The position numbers were made by a program, and so were the translations under genes. The notes beneath the pieces were generated by a model, which saw nothing but the letters and a program-made list of their open reading frames with translations, was not told the DNA's origin and searched no databases. Below, piece after piece: positions 20,800 through 32,086 of a stretch of 64,000 bases of DNA. This DNA comes from Salinispira sp. (GTDB taxonomy: Bacteria; Spirochaetota; Spirochaetia; DSM-27196; Salinispiraceae), in contig OZ271918.1 in NCBI GenBank assembly GCA_965602015.1, forward strand, positions 1,504,001 to 1,568,000, in the 5' to 3' direction. Every line of letters begins with the position of its first letter. The stretch's first letter is position 1.

Positions 20800-21306
20800 T
20801 TAATAGATGCTCTCCTTTTGTAGTTTTGACAAAATCAGCTCCTGAAGTGCAATCATTTCCTGTTCCAGGGAGTTATCGCTGTGATCCCATCCGCCGAGAT
20901 GAAGAATACCGTGAATAAGCAAGCGCTTCAATTCCTCCTCCTCGGGCACAGCGAAATAGCGTGCGTTTTCCCGGAGTGTATCGAGGGAAATGACAATGTC
21001 CCCGGCAAAAAACGTTCCCTGCTCGGGTAGTTGTGAGGGATCCTCGATTTGAGCAAAACTCAGCACATCGGTCGGGCTGTCTTTCCCGCGATAATCCCGA
21101 TTGAGGGACTGCATGTATTGGTCGCCGCAGAATACCACGGCGAGCTCCCAACGGGAATAGCGCAGTTCCTCAAGGACCCGGACAACGAATTTCTCAACAT
21201 TTCCCAACCAGACGGGAACGTCGATGCCCTGGGTCATAACCTCTATGTCATGGGAATTCTCATCGGGTTCTTCCCTTACGGGACCGGCTTCCGACTTAGC
21301 GCTCAT
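20800..21306 (-). CDS. ybeY: rRNA maturation factor YbeY
   Basis: LNRDYRGKDSPTDVLSF, GDIVIS, HGILHLGGWDH. Confidence 0.96.
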   Translation of the reverse strand: MSAKSEAGPVREEPDENSHDIEVMTQGIDVPVWLGNVEKFVVRVLEELRYSRWELAVVFCGDQYMQSLNRDYRGKDSPTDVLSFAQIEDPSQLPEQGTFFAGDIVISLDTLRENARYFAVPEEEELKRLLIHGILHLGGWDHSDNSLEQEMIALQELILSKLQKESIY

Positions 21307-21314
21307 TATTCACC

Positions 21315-22265
21315 TCATTCGTCCCGCTCATAGGCGGCGATTATCTTTTTTACGAGATGACTTCTGACCACGTCTTTGGCGGCAAAATAGCTGAAGTGAA
21401 TATCATCGACATCACGAAGGATTTTTGTCGCATGGATTAGACCTGAGCCGTTGTGTTTTGGCAGGTCGATTTGGGTGACGTCTCCGGTGATTACCGCCTT
21501 GCTGCCCTCGCCCAGTCTGGTGAGGAACATTTTCATCTGTTCCCGGGTAGTATTCTGAGCCTCGTCCAGGATGATATAGGCGTCGCGCAGACTTCGACCC
21601 CGCATATACGCAAGGGGGGCAATTTCTATAGTTCTATTCAGTTCGAGGCGATTGATAATCTCACCGGGAACCAGGGCGTCCATGGCGTCGTAGAGGGGTT
21701 TGAGGTAGGGATTGAGCTTTTGAGCCAAATCACCGGGCAGGAAACCCAAGCTCTCCCCGGCCTCTACAACGGGACGGGTGAGAATAAGTTTACGTTTTTT
21801 GTGATTCAGCACTTCCGACAGGGCGTGTGCCACCGCAAGATAGGTTTTTCCCGTCCCCGCAGGCCCGATACCGAATATCAGGTCCCGGGTATTCAGGGCA
21901 TCGAGAAACACGCTCTGATTATAGGAACGGGGAAAGACCTGAGAATATCCCTTGGGAATGGCAATTGAACGGGAGTGTAAATCCTTAATGCGCTCGGGAT
22001 TATCGCTGAGGGTGGTAAAAACCGAGTCGATGACAGATTTGACAATATCCTGGCCCCGCTTCCGATGCTGAACCAGTTCCTCCATGAGCGGGATAAAAAC
22101 CCCGCCGCGGTCAGCTTCGGCGTCGCGCATGGTAATCCGGTTGTTACCGGGAAACAGCGGCGTACCAAGAAGGCGCTCAATATAGAGAAGATTTTTGTCA
22201 TTGGGACCGCAGACTGCGGTAAAACTCTCGAGATCGGGGAATTCAAATGTGGTATCGCTGCTCAA
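21315..22265 (-). CDS. phoH: PhoH-family ATPase (YbeZ-like)
   Basis: GPAGTGKT, LGFLPGD, APLAYMRGR, DEAQN, GDVTQIDLP. Confidence 0.94.
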   Translation of the reverse strand: MSSDTTFEFPDLESFTAVCGPNDKNLLYIERLLGTPLFPGNNRITMRDAEADRGGVFIPLMEELVQHRKRGQDIVKSVIDSVFTTLSDNPERIKDLHSRSIAIPKGYSQVFPRSYNQSVFLDALNTRDLIFGIGPAGTGKTYLAVAHALSEVLNHKKRKLILTRPVVEAGESLGFLPGDLAQKLNPYLKPLYDAMDALVPGEIINRLELNRTIEIAPLAYMRGRSLRDAYIILDEAQNTTREQMKMFLTRLGEGSKAVITGDVTQIDLPKHNGSGLIHATKILRDVDDIHFSYFAAKDVVRSHLVKKIIAAYERDE

Positions 22266-22318
22266 AACACCCTCTTAGAATCAGATAAATCCAGTGTACT
22301 TTCAGATCGCGCCGGTGG

Positions 22319-25300
22319 TCAATATTCCACAATAACTTCGTTTTCTCCGGAAATCGATGAAATATCGATCTCATTCTGCAATTCGGTAATAGGAAGCCAT
22401 TGGAGGAAAAACGAAAAGCGGTTTTCAAGTTGGTATTGGGACTGACCGTCGTTTCCCCGGATTACCCGCGGGAGCCACTGATATTCTGCTCTGGCCATCC
22501 AGTCACCCAGATCGTGCAGAACTTCCACCGAGTATGATTGAAGGTTAAAGAAACTGGTCAGGCGATCCTCACGGTTGAAGAAATTGATCGATCGCGCCAG
22601 ATCAATAAAAAGATTGCGATCGGGCAGTCCGAGTATTTCATTATATTCCGGGATGTATCGGAACATCTGGTTGTTGGAGCTCGCCGTTCGCAGGTTAACC
22701 TTGAGAAATCCCGGAATCAACAGCTCAACATTTGCCGAGCTGCTGAGCCGGCTCCGGGTGAATTCGATAAAATCCTGGCTCCAGTTGACCCCGACGGACC
22801 CCGTCAGGGAGGCTTGCCGGGAACGAACGAACTCCAGGGGAATATTGACTGCATGGGTCATCCTTGAGGGTGAAAACTCAGTTCCTTCGGTTTGAATCCA
22901 TGCGGTTCTCTCGGGGTTGAGCTCAAGGATGGTTCTGTCAGCCCACTCTATATCAAATCGATACGTAAACAGACCGAGACCAAAACTAATCTTTTCAAAC
23001 GAGGTGTTCTCAATGGAATACTCTGCGGCACTGTCGGCGTTGAGCCAATCAACTGGTTTGAGATCGAGCTTCCCGTTTACATCGCGAAATTCCACTTCCC
23101 CCTCATCATACAGAAGTCCTCCGCCCACATTGAGCATTATCCGGGGAATTCCTATAGCGTAGTTGGCATTTATCACCTGATCTCTCGGGGGCAGATCGTA
23201 GTTTATCGTCGCCCGGTGATTCAATTCAGGAAGACCCAATGGTGAGGAATAATTCAGCCCGAGGCGGTGGCTCGTAACGGTTTCCGGATCCCAGCCGATT
23301 TCCTGGAGCTCCCAGTCGCCATTCTCATCCCGGGTTGCGTTGAGGGCATTGAGATTGATCGTATGGGTCAAGCTCAGGCTTGCTTCGCCGTAGAGCCAGG
23401 TGAGGAGATTAAATGTCGCAGTCTGGTTGACCCTGACGGTCTGCCGTTCCTGATTCAGCGCGCTTGCCAAAAGACTCTCCCTCTCGGTATCCGAAATAAT
23501 TTCCGAAAATCCGCTGTTAACCCGAAAACTACCGGCATAGGTCCCCCGGGTCGTTAGGGAAAAGACACCTGAAAGAAGAGATAGCTGTTGATTTACATTC
23601 GCGCTTAAGGTGTCCTGAAAACTGTTGTATTTAACCAGGAGATTCTCAGACTCGCTGGGACCGTGGAAAATGTCCGTGTAGAAGTGACTGTTTGACAGAC
23701 TGTATCCCAGGCTGTAACTCGACGGAACCCGCCGTGACAAGCGGAGCGCCGGAGCCGGTACTGCGGGAGAGAACAGCGTTGTATTCTCCGCAACAGTAAC
23801 CGGCGGATTATCTCCATCGGCTTGTGACTCGGATTCACCCACCGGGCTGTCGGCCCCGTCCCCGGTCAAATCATCCGGCGGTAAGAACACCCCGGCTGCA
23901 GAATCTACAGGCTCGGCCTGCATCGCCTCGGCTGTAAAGGGCACGCGGAGAATTGTACCGGAAATGTTCACCGAACCCGAAGGGTATTGGAACTGACGTG
24001 CGGCATACACACTCCGCTCGGGGCTGTTTACCGCCTGCAGATTTGCCAGGCCGACAGCCGGATTGTCGACTATTTGCCAGTCGAAACTGCTGACGAAGTT
24101 GTTGAGGCGAATCGATGAAATCAAAGGCCTGAAAAACTCAGGCAGACTCGGAGAATACCCTGCCCGCAGATTCCAGGACATGCCCCGGCTCCCGTAGCTC
24201 AGTCCGGGCTGATCGCTTGACCCGCCCAGCAACACATCGGTCCAGGGCATCTGCTCGGAGCGCTCGGTGAACTCGGAATAAAAAAACGGATCTGAATATA
24301 TGGGAAGTCCAAGATCGATCCGCAGACTGTTGAGCGTCCAGCTGCCGTTAAGGTCAAGAAGAAAGCGAAAGGGAATCGGGTTGTCAAAAAGATACGATGA
24401 ATGCCAGAGGCTCACCAGCTGGCCCTGATCATCTACATAGCTCGAGGTAAAACTGTCCGCCCCTCCGGCTGAAAAAATCTCCCGGGTGAACCCCAAGGCG
24501 ACGGTGAAATCAAACCCGGGATTCACCTCAGGAAGTGCCGTGCCCTGTAAACCCAGGGACACACCTCTGATACTGTACAGATCTGCAATAACTTTGAGGG
24601 TCTCAAACGTAGAGCTGATCCAGGTATCCGGAGTTTCACTGTTGTCAGGTTGGAGAAAAATTCCCATGACCGACTGGCCTTCCGCCTGAACTTCGTCGGT
24701 CATTTGAAGAAAGGAGAACGGACTTTCGCTGCTTTCCCTGCGGCCGGCCAGGTAGCTTGTGCTGTTGAGACCATAGCCTCTGGCCCCGGAATAAATAAAC
24801 ACCGGATGAAAGATGACTTCATTTCCCGGCAGGTACATAAAGGGAAATGCAAAAAGCGGGATATTGCCCACAAAGAGCCGGGCTCCGTCCACTCCCCACT
24901 CTCCCGGCGACAGAATCCACAACTTCGTGAAATCGATGCGATAGTACGGCGACCCTGGGCTTCGGCCGGAGCTGATGCTGCCGTTATCCATAATTATTAC
25001 ATTATTCTGATTTCGGGTGATAAAGCTCGCCGAAAAGCGGTAGTCGGCAATTTCGCGGCCTCCCAGCTCCCGGTTTATCGAAGCCGCATCGCTGTCGCTG
25101 CTGTTTTCCGCCTGGCCGGATCCACTGACAAACAGGGTCTCGTTTTCATCGAGCAGGAAAAGCAGGCGCTCTCCGGAAAACCGGTCCTGCTGACCCTCTT
25201 CGCCTTCCATGCGGTAATCAACATTACCCTCGGCGCTGAGCTGGCGAAGCTGCTGATTGTAGATAATAAGATCAGCGGAAATAAAATGCCGGAGGGAAAA

Positions 25301-25639
25301 ATCCCTGTCGTCTACAGTGATGACGACGTCGCCCTGGAGTTCCAACTCGTCTCCGCTGTCCAGGCGCCGGTAGCCCGCGCTGTCGGCTTTTTGCACCTCG
25401 GCAAGGGTCTGTCCGGCGGCGGGGTTACCGGTGCTCTCCCGGGCAACGACTTCCGTAAGCTCGCCCAATCGGGCTTCGAGAACCAGCCGGTTTCCCCTGC
25501 TGTCCAGCCCGTATTGCCTGGCCAGTTCAACAAGCTCTTCATAGCTCAAGGAGTCCGGCTGGGCCCAGAGGTTTGCCAAACCGGAGAACAGGGACATTAA
25601 CAGAACAAGGCATTGGAGTCGGTGATATCGGCTGGACAT
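22319..25639 (-). CDS. lptD: LptD-like outer-membrane assembly protein (spirochaete type)
   Basis: Signal peptide from ATG 25639; OstA-like N-terminal beta-jellyroll (LSAEGNVDY); PLFAFPFMYLPG motif; long beta-strand-rich C-terminus. Confidence 0.75.
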   Translation of the reverse strand: MSSRYHRLQCLVLLMSLFSGLANLWAQPDSLSYEELVELARQYGLDSRGNRLVLEARLGELTEVVARESTGNPAAGQTLAEVQKADSAGYRRLDSGDELELQGDVVITVDDRDFSLRHFISADLIIYNQQLRQLSAEGNVDYRMEGEEGQQDRFSGERLLFLLDENETLFVSGSGQAENSSDSDAASINRELGGREIADYRFSASFITRNQNNVIIMDNGSISSGRSPGSPYYRIDFTKLWILSPGEWGVDGARLFVGNIPLFAFPFMYLPGNEVIFHPVFIYSGARGYGLNSTSYLAGRRESSESPFSFLQMTDEVQAEGQSVMGIFLQPDNSETPDTWISSTFETLKVIADLYSIRGVSLGLQGTALPEVNPGFDFTVALGFTREIFSAGGADSFTSSYVDDQGQLVSLWHSSYLFDNPIPFRFLLDLNGSWTLNSLRIDLGLPIYSDPFFYSEFTERSEQMPWTDVLLGGSSDQPGLSYGSRGMSWNLRAGYSPSLPEFFRPLISSIRLNNFVSSFDWQIVDNPAVGLANLQAVNSPERSVYAARQFQYPSGSVNISGTILRVPFTAEAMQAEPVDSAAGVFLPPDDLTGDGADSPVGESESQADGDNPPVTVAENTTLFSPAVPAPALRLSRRVPSSYSLGYSLSNSHFYTDIFHGPSESENLLVKYNSFQDTLSANVNQQLSLLSGVFSLTTRGTYAGSFRVNSGFSEIISDTERESLLASALNQERQTVRVNQTATFNLLTWLYGEASLSLTHTINLNALNATRDENGDWELQEIGWDPETVTSHRLGLNYSSPLGLPELNHRATINYDLPPRDQVINANYAIGIPRIMLNVGGGLLYDEGEVEFRDVNGKLDLKPVDWLNADSAAEYSIENTSFEKISFGLGLFTYRFDIEWADRTILELNPERTAWIQTEGTEFSPSRMTHAVNIPLEFVRSRQASLTGSVGVNWSQDFIEFTRSRLSSSANVELLIPGFLKVNLRTASSNNQMFRYIPEYNEILGLPDRNLFIDLARSINFFNREDRLTSFFNLQSYSVEVLHDLGDWMARAEYQWLPRVIRGNDGQSQYQLENRFSFFLQWLPITELQNEIDISSISGENEVIVEY

Positions 25640-25646
25640 TACCAGG

Positions 25647-25675
25647 AGTATAGAGCAAAACCGGCTCATGAGGAA
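25647..25675 (-). promoter_or_regulatory. Putative leaderless promoter for lptD
   Basis: TATACT (25652-25647) lies 7 nt before ATG 25639, with no SD; TTCCTC at 17-nt spacing. Confidence 0.5.
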
Positions 25676-25711
25676 CCGGAAGTTCTCAGAGCCGGTTACC
25701 GGACGGCGTAA

Positions 25712-28576
25712 CTAGGCTTCGGTCAATGCGGCCTTAATCATCTGGGCCGCAGGATGATGTTCGTAGTGCTCGCCGAGAAAACGCCCGGTGTGACTGCCCT
25801 GGCAGCTCATAACATCTTCCGGGGTACCCATTACCACAACATTGCCCCCGCGGTCGCCGCCTTCGGGACCGAGGTCGACAATCCAATCAGCCTGTGAAAT
25901 GACGTCGAGGTTATGTTCAATGAGGATCACCGTATTGCCCATATCCACAAGCCGTTGAATGACCATCATAAGCAGTTGAACATCGGCAAAATGAAGCCCG
26001 GTGGTGGGTTCGTCGAGGATGTACAGGGTTCTGCCCGTGCTCCGCTTGGAAAGCTCAAGAGAAAGCTTGACCCGTTGCGCCTCTCCTCCCGAGAGAGTGA
26101 GTGCGGACTGCCCCAGTTTCAAATAACCGAGGCCCACAGAGAGCAGGGTCTCCAGTTTGCGGTGTACCTTGGGTATCTTCTCAAAGAAGTCGGCGGCCTC
26201 CTCAATGGTCATGTCAAGGACTTCATAGATGTTCTTACCCTTGTACTGAATCTCCAGGGTTTCGGTATTAAAGCGTTTTCCCTTGCAGACTTCGCAGGTG
26301 ACGTATACGTCGGGCAGAAAGTGCATCTCGATTTTATTCGTTCCCGCTCCCTCGCAGTTTTCGCAACGGCCGCCTTTAACGTTGAAGCTGAATCTTCCGG
26401 GCTTGTATCCCCGGGCCCGGGCTTCAGGCAGCTGGGCGAATAGTTCGCGGATGGGAGTAAACAGACCAACGTAAGTGGCCGGGTTTGATCGCGGAGTCCG
26501 CCCGATGGGGCTTTGGTCAATGTTGATTATCTTGTCCAGGTTATCCAGGCCGAGCACTTCACGAGCCTTTCCTTCGGGATGATGACTGCGGTTCAATGAG
26601 TTGGATATCCGGGGGAAGAGGATATCCGACATCAGGGTACTCTTGCCTGAGCCCGAAACTCCGGTGATTACCGAAAAGGTTCCGATGGGAAACCGGACGT
26701 CGATATTTTTAAGGTTGTGCTCGCTGGCACCGAGAATCTCGATGAATCCGCCGTTTCCTTCCCGCCGCCCTTCCCGGGGAGTAAGGAAAATATCACCCCT
26801 GAGATATTGGGCTGTGAGGCTTTTTGTGTTTTTTATCACTTCATCGAGGGGACCTGCCACTACCACGTTTCCGCCGTGAACACCGGCACCGGGTCCGAGA
26901 TCGACGATATAATCGGCGGTACGCAGGGTTTGCTCATCGTGTTCAACTACCACAAGGGTATTGCCCAGGTCGCGAAGGTGAAGAAGGGTCTTAATAAGCC
27001 GCTCGTTGTCCCTCTGATGCAGGCCGATGCTCGGTTCATCCAGAACGTACAGTACGCCTACCAGCTGCGAACCGATTTGGGTGGCCAGGCGTATGCGTTG
27101 AGCCTCTCCCCCGGAAAGAGTGCCCGCCGTGCGGTTCAGGGAAAGATATTCCAGTCCGACGCTCTCCATAAAACTGAGCCGGTCAATAATCTCCTTGAGA
27201 ATCTGAGCGGCGATATCTTTCTGAGCGCCTTCAAGTGTGAGATTTCTAAAAAAGGCCAATGAGTCCCGAACGGACATTTCGCTCACATCGAAAATTCCGG
27301 TTCCACCGACCCTTACGGCAAGGGCTTCCGGCCTGAGGCGCTTGCCGTCGCAGTGGGGGCAGTGACTCATGGTCATAAAGCCCTCAAGCCACTCCCGAAC
27401 TCCCGACGAGGGGCTTTCCCGGTGCCTGCGTTCGAGTTCCTTTACAATGCCTTCGAATCGTCCCCGGTAATCATACTTACCCGTTCCCCGCTTGTTTACG
27501 TAATGAAATTCAAGCTCTTCTTTCGTGCCGTATAAAATTGCATCGAGGACCTTTTTGGGCAGGTCCTTGACCGGGGTATCGAGGGAAAAGTCAAAATGGT
27601 CCGCAAGGGCCTGGAACTTGCTTCTGGCCCAGTTCGCGTCGGGGTTGTAGGCGGGAAATCCCCGTTCATTGAACGAGAGGCTTGTATCCGGAATTATTTT
27701 CTCAGGATCGAACTCCATGGTTGTCCCAAGGCCTGCACAGGATGGGCAGGCACCAAAGGGGTTATTAAAGGAAAAAAGCCGGGGTTCAAGCTCGGGAAAG
27801 GAAACCGTTGAGTTGGGATAAAAATAATGTTCGCTGAATGACAGGACGGTTTCCGACTTACCGTGGGCAACGTACAGCTTTACCAAGCCTCCGGCCAGTT
27901 CAAGACCCTGCTCAATGGCCTCGGCAATACGGCTGCGGTTTTCCGCCTTATTAATAAGCCTGTCGATGACGATTTCTATGTCGTGCTTCTTTTTTTTATC
28001 CAGGATTATCTCATCGTCCAGCGACAGGACTTCATCGTTTATCCGTGCACGCACGTAGCCCGCTCTACGGGCGTCATCGAGAACCTTTTTGTGCTCACCT
28101 TTTCGTCCCCGAACAACAGGAGAAAGAATCATCAGTCTGGCATCCTCGGGCTGCTCGAGCACCTTTTCGATAATTTGGTCTACGCTCTGCTTCTCGATTT
28201 TTTCTCCGGTCTGGGGATCATGGGGAACGCCGATTCGGGCGTATAAAAGCCTGAGATAGTCGTATATCTCGGTGATGGTTCCCACGGTGGACCGGGGGTT
28301 TCGGTTGGTGGTCTTTTGCTCAATGGATATCGCCGGCGAAAGCCCTTCAATGTAGTCCACATCGGGCTTGTCCATGCGCCCGAGAAACTGGCGGGCATAA
28401 GCCGATAGCGACTCTACATAGCGCCGCTGACCTTCGGCAAAGATGGTATCAAAGGCAAGACTGGATTTGCCGCTTCCCGAAAGTCCGGAGATGACAATAA
28501 GGCGATCCCGGGGAAGCTCCAGGTCCACATTTTTAAGGTTGTGTACCCGGGCTCCCTTAATAATTATGTTGCTCAT
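25712..28576 (-). CDS. uvrA: Excinuclease ABC subunit A
   Basis: [23 protein letters not shown], two ABC modules (LSGGEAQR), Zn-finger CxxC motifs. Confidence 0.99.
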   Translation of the reverse strand: MSNIIIKGARVHNLKNVDLELPRDRLIVISGLSGSGKSSLAFDTIFAEGQRRYVESLSAYARQFLGRMDKPDVDYIEGLSPAISIEQKTTNRNPRSTVGTITEIYDYLRLLYARIGVPHDPQTGEKIEKQSVDQIIEKVLEQPEDARLMILSPVVRGRKGEHKKVLDDARRAGYVRARINDEVLSLDDEIILDKKKKHDIEIVIDRLINKAENRSRIAEAIEQGLELAGGLVKLYVAHGKSETVLSFSEHYFYPNSTVSFPELEPRLFSFNNPFGACPSCAGLGTTMEFDPEKIIPDTSLSFNERGFPAYNPDANWARSKFQALADHFDFSLDTPVKDLPKKVLDAILYGTKEELEFHYVNKRGTGKYDYRGRFEGIVKELERRHRESPSSGVREWLEGFMTMSHCPHCDGKRLRPEALAVRVGGTGIFDVSEMSVRDSLAFFRNLTLEGAQKDIAAQILKEIIDRLSFMESVGLEYLSLNRTAGTLSGGEAQRIRLATQIGSQLVGVLYVLDEPSIGLHQRDNERLIKTLLHLRDLGNTLVVVEHDEQTLRTADYIVDLGPGAGVHGGNVVVAGPLDEVIKNTKSLTAQYLRGDIFLTPREGRREGNGGFIEILGASEHNLKNIDVRFPIGTFSVITGVSGSGKSTLMSDILFPRISNSLNRSHHPEGKAREVLGLDNLDKIINIDQSPIGRTPRSNPATYVGLFTPIRELFAQLPEARARGYKPGRFSFNVKGGRCENCEGAGTNKIEMHFLPDVYVTCEVCKGKRFNTETLEIQYKGKNIYEVLDMTIEEAADFFEKIPKVHRKLETLLSVGLGYLKLGQSALTLSGGEAQRVKLSLELSKRSTGRTLYILDEPTTGLHFADVQLLMMVIQRLVDMGNTVILIEHNLDVISQADWIVDLGPEGGDRGGNVVVMGTPEDVMSCQGSHTGRFLGEHYEHHPAAQMIKAALTEA

Positions 28577-28631
28577 AGCTGAGAACTTAACGCATCGGGA
28601 GCACGTAATTCAAGAAAAATCGCCGGGCACA

Positions 28632-29663
28632 TCAGGGCTGATTGTTGTTAACTTCGTCCCTGAACTGCCGGCTCCCATAGAGAATTTCTTCCCTTCGGGG
28701 ATTCCTTAGCATGGCCGCAGAGCGCAGCTCGTATGAGTGTTCAAAGGGGATCATTTGAACGGTACGCCATATACCGCTGTAGATTTGGGGAGCTGACTGA
28801 AAGCCGAAGGCGGCGGCTCCCAGGTAGTACAGCGCTTTGGGAAACATAGAATCCCTCAGATAGCTTACCCAATTGTTGTTTCTCTGAATCCTCTCGAAAA
28901 GGTCCGCGCTGCTTTGAAAGGCGTACAGGGGATCGTTCTCCCTGATTTTCTCAATAACCAGACTGTACATCTTGATTACCGCGAAGGTCAGATGCTCAAG
29001 AGCTTCATTGTACCGTCCGCTGTGTACATAGAATTCTCCCAAGAGAATATGGGCTCGAAGGCTGAAGCTGTCCTCCAGACGATAAAGAGTAATCATCCTA
29101 TCGAGACTGGTGGCGCCCGAGCGGCCAGGCGTTAAAAGCACTTCGCGAATGCTTCGCCTGAGATTCGCCTCAAAATCTTCGCTAGATGAAAATTGGCTAT
29201 CACGGGAAGTCACTTCGAGAAGAATCCGTTCGTAATCGAGAACCGAGCTGCCCTCCAAATTGTTCTGTTCATAGATATCCGCAAGGCGGTAAAGAATCAA
29301 GAACTCAAGGTCTGGACTACTGAGCAGAGCGCGGTTTTCCAGGGCCCGCTGGAGATGTTCCCTGGCCTGAAAAAAATCATTGCTGGCCGAATACGTCAGC
29401 GCAAGCTCAGTGAGGGTTTCGGGATTGTTGGGATCCTTTTCTAAAGAACGCGTCAACAGTAAAAATGCGTTAGTCAGGTCACGGTCCAGTCTGGAAGCTC
29501 TGCCCCAGCTCCTCAGTAGCCAGGCAGGCGCATCCTCTGCCACTTCAGCCAAATCCTCAGGCAGGCTTCCGGTGATCTCAGGCGCTGCATCCTGCCCCCA
29601 CACGTGCGGCATTACGGAGAAAACTACAAAGAGGAGAAACATGCACCGCGCAAATGCTTTCAT
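28632..29663 (-). CDS. Exported TPR-containing protein
   Basis: Signal peptide from ATG 29663 (MKAFARCMFLLFVVFS); TPR-like segments (SLEKDPNNPETL). Confidence 0.6.
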   Translation of the reverse strand: MKAFARCMFLLFVVFSVMPHVWGQDAAPEITGSLPEDLAEVAEDAPAWLLRSWGRASRLDRDLTNAFLLLTRSLEKDPNNPETLTELALTYSASNDFFQAREHLQRALENRALLSSPDLEFLILYRLADIYEQNNLEGSSVLDYERILLEVTSRDSQFSSSEDFEANLRRSIREVLLTPGRSGATSLDRMITLYRLEDSFSLRAHILLGEFYVHSGRYNEALEHLTFAVIKMYSLVIEKIRENDPLYAFQSSADLFERIQRNNNWVSYLRDSMFPKALYYLGAAAFGFQSAPQIYSGIWRTVQMIPFEHSYELRSAAMLRNPRREEILYGSRQFRDEVNNNQP

Positions 29664-29726
29664 ACTCGGATTATCGAACAAAACGCGTCTATGGTGAAGG
29701 GTATTCTGCACCGGTGTTTGCAATAC

Positions 29727-29759
29727 AAAACGCGCAGGCCGTCGAGGACAGCCTGCGCG
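29727..29759 (-). terminator. Terminator of the V-ATPase operon
   Basis: CGCGCAGGC...GCCTGCGCG stem (29731-29759) followed by TTTTG on the minus strand. Confidence 0.75.
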
Positions 29760-29792
29760 AGAGAATTCACAATAGCGGTTTTAGCTCGTGCC

Positions 29793-30227
29793 TTAGAGAA
29801 GGCCCAGCATAAAGACCATGACAAAAAGGGCGACTGTCTCGATAAGACCGAGAACCAGGATGAAGTTACCAAAACCCTTACCGGTCTCGCCAAGGGCATC
29901 CGAGGCAACAGCGCCTGCCTTACCCTGGAACCATGCGGAGAAGCCCATTGCCACTCCCCCGAGCACCCCGACAGTGAGCAGCAGCCAGGGATCGGCTGTG
30001 CCGGCAAGGGCTGCCACCCGAATCCGTCCCATGAGGATAAATCCGTAAATGGTCTGAGTCAGCGGCGCACCAACGAATGCTACCAGCATAAAGGGAGCCG
30101 GCCGATTCTGGATATAACATTTCTTCCATGCGCCGACCGCTGACATTCCTGCACTACCAGCACCAAATGCTGATCCGACTGCCGCGAGAGCGAGGGCTGC
30201 GCCCACACCAATAAAACCAAAATTCAT
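29793..30227 (-). CDS. atpK: V-type ATP synthase subunit K (4-TM rotor subunit)
   Basis: Four hydrophobic helices; PLTQTIYG, FQGK and LIET motifs. Confidence 0.95.
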   Translation of the reverse strand: MNFGFIGVGAALALAAVGSAFGAGSAGMSAVGAWKKCYIQNRPAPFMLVAFVGAPLTQTIYGFILMGRIRVAALAGTADPWLLLTVGVLGGVAMGFSAWFQGKAGAVASDALGETGKGFGNFILVLGLIETVALFVMVFMLGLL

Positions 30228-30253
30228 GTCTTACTCCTTAACCCGTGAGTATC

Positions 30254-32086
30254 TTATTGTTTAAAGGGCTTGTACTCAAACCCAGCCCATTCATTACCCA
30301 AATGCGACGAAAATTCCAACATTTTTAGGCGAATTCCGTGAACAACCACCGAAAGCGCCCCCATTACCAGATTGAGGGTGTGCCCCAAAAGCAGAACGAA
30401 CACTCCGCCGACAATACCTCCAACCCCGCTTTCCATCATACCCTCAGCCATGCCATTAAAGCTCTTGGCAATCTCGATTGAAGCCAAACCAACGGCAAAC
30501 AATCGGATGTACGAAATGACATCGGCGAAGGCACTGACTCCGCTCAAGGCAATATTGATAAAATCTGACAGAGCCCGAATTACTCCCTTCAGGAAGCCGT
30601 CTCCCTCCTGTCCGGAGAAGAGAAAAACCACGGCAACTCCGCTGCCGATGAGGTATATAGCCCAGGACGGCACAGGGTATTCCTCTACCGAAATAACGAC
30701 GTTTAACACCAAAAAGAATAACCCGACTATGGCCGACATCCATCCCAGATCGGCGAAGGCGTGGATGCGGGGTGATTCTTTTATCTTTTTCAGAAACGCC
30801 AGGGTGTGGGCGAGAATCAGATGAACAAGCGCAATGGCAAAACAGAGAAACTGTATCATCTGAGTCACCGCCGCGGAGTTTTCAACGGCGAAGCTATCCA
30901 GCGCCGGAACAACCAGGGATGACAAAACCGGAAGATCTGCAATGGGTCCGTATCCGAACCAGTTGCCGGTTACTGCGCCCCAAGCCACGGTTGCTATGCT
31001 CAGCACATTGAACAAAATAAGCCCGTCGGGAACCCTCCCGTTCTTGATTTTCGCCTTGATCGTCATAAACAGGGAGGCAATGGTAAGAATGGCGCCATAG
31101 CCCGCATCACCGATAATCATGGCAAAAAAGAGGGTAAAAAATATCAGGAACCAAAAGGAAATATCCTGTTCCCGGTATCCGGGGGTGGTGCCCATAAACT
31201 GAAATACCGGCTTAATGATACCCACAGCCCGGGGATTTTCCACCTTGGTCGGAACCGGATCGTCGGCCCCGGGATCCTGAAGAATAAGTCCCAGGCCTTC
31301 ATTGGCAGCAAAGGTCTTCAGGGCATCGGTGTCGGTTTTGGGGATAAAACCGCTTATTTCGCAAATCTGCTCCAGATCAGTAAGCTCCTCAAGGGATGCC
31401 TCAACCGATGCAAATTCGAAGGCCGAAGCATGAAGGTCCAGGGCAGCTTCGATGGCACGCCTTTCTGGCTGCATGCCCATAATTTGAGCACGAAGCAGCT
31501 TGCTGCGCTCTCCCGCTTTACTAAGCTCCTGCTGTAATTCTGTCAAAGACCGCTCGGGAACCCGGAAACTATCCAGATCCGCATCCTGCGGGTCATCGAG
31601 AAGCAGCAGGTATCGCTTGTCTTTGGTCTTCCGCACGAGGATGTAGCGAAGTTCTTCCGGGATGCGCTTCATCTGGTCCAAAGTCGCTGTTGCCAGGCTG
31701 AGGTAAACCCCTGAGTTTTGAATACTTTGCAGACTGGCCGGAGCAAAATCTCCCCAGTCCTTCACCCGGTTTATCTCCCGACGTATTTTCTCGACCTGTT
31801 CCTCAGCCTCCTTTAATTCGGCGGATTTGGACAACACATGTCGGGCCATCTCAACTGCTTCATCGAGACTTTGTGCTTTGAGGTCATCGGCGCTTTCGGC
31901 CGTGGCGGGAATCGCCGTCAGAGCCCGCTGAAGAAGCGAACCCTGTTCTTTAAGCTGATCGAGATCGGGACTCTCGGCATCTCTGGTTTCGATGTGAATC
32001 GTACCGAGTTCGGCCAGGGCGTCGGTTACCTGGCGACGGCGGGATTTCATGGCCAGCACCTGCACCTTTTTCATAGCGGCAATCAT
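30254..32086 (-). CDS. atpI: V-type ATP synthase subunit I
   Basis: FFAMIIGDAGYG, DVISYIRLFAVG, HGIRLKMLEF. Confidence 0.95.
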   Translation of the reverse strand: MIAAMKKVQVLAMKSRRRQVTDALAELGTIHIETRDAESPDLDQLKEQGSLLQRALTAIPATAESADDLKAQSLDEAVEMARHVLSKSAELKEAEEQVEKIRREINRVKDWGDFAPASLQSIQNSGVYLSLATATLDQMKRIPEELRYILVRKTKDKRYLLLLDDPQDADLDSFRVPERSLTELQQELSKAGERSKLLRAQIMGMQPERRAIEAALDLHASAFEFASVEASLEELTDLEQICEISGFIPKTDTDALKTFAANEGLGLILQDPGADDPVPTKVENPRAVGIIKPVFQFMGTTPGYREQDISFWFLIFFTLFFAMIIGDAGYGAILTIASLFMTIKAKIKNGRVPDGLILFNVLSIATVAWGAVTGNWFGYGPIADLPVLSSLVVPALDSFAVENSAAVTQMIQFLCFAIALVHLILAHTLAFLKKIKESPRIHAFADLGWMSAIVGLFFLVLNVVISVEEYPVPSWAIYLIGSGVAVVFLFSGQEGDGFLKGVIRALSDFINIALSGVSAFADVISYIRLFAVGLASIEIAKSFNGMAEGMMESGVGGIVGGVFVLLLGHTLNLVMGALSVVVHGIRLKMLEFSSHLGNEWAGFEYKPFKQ

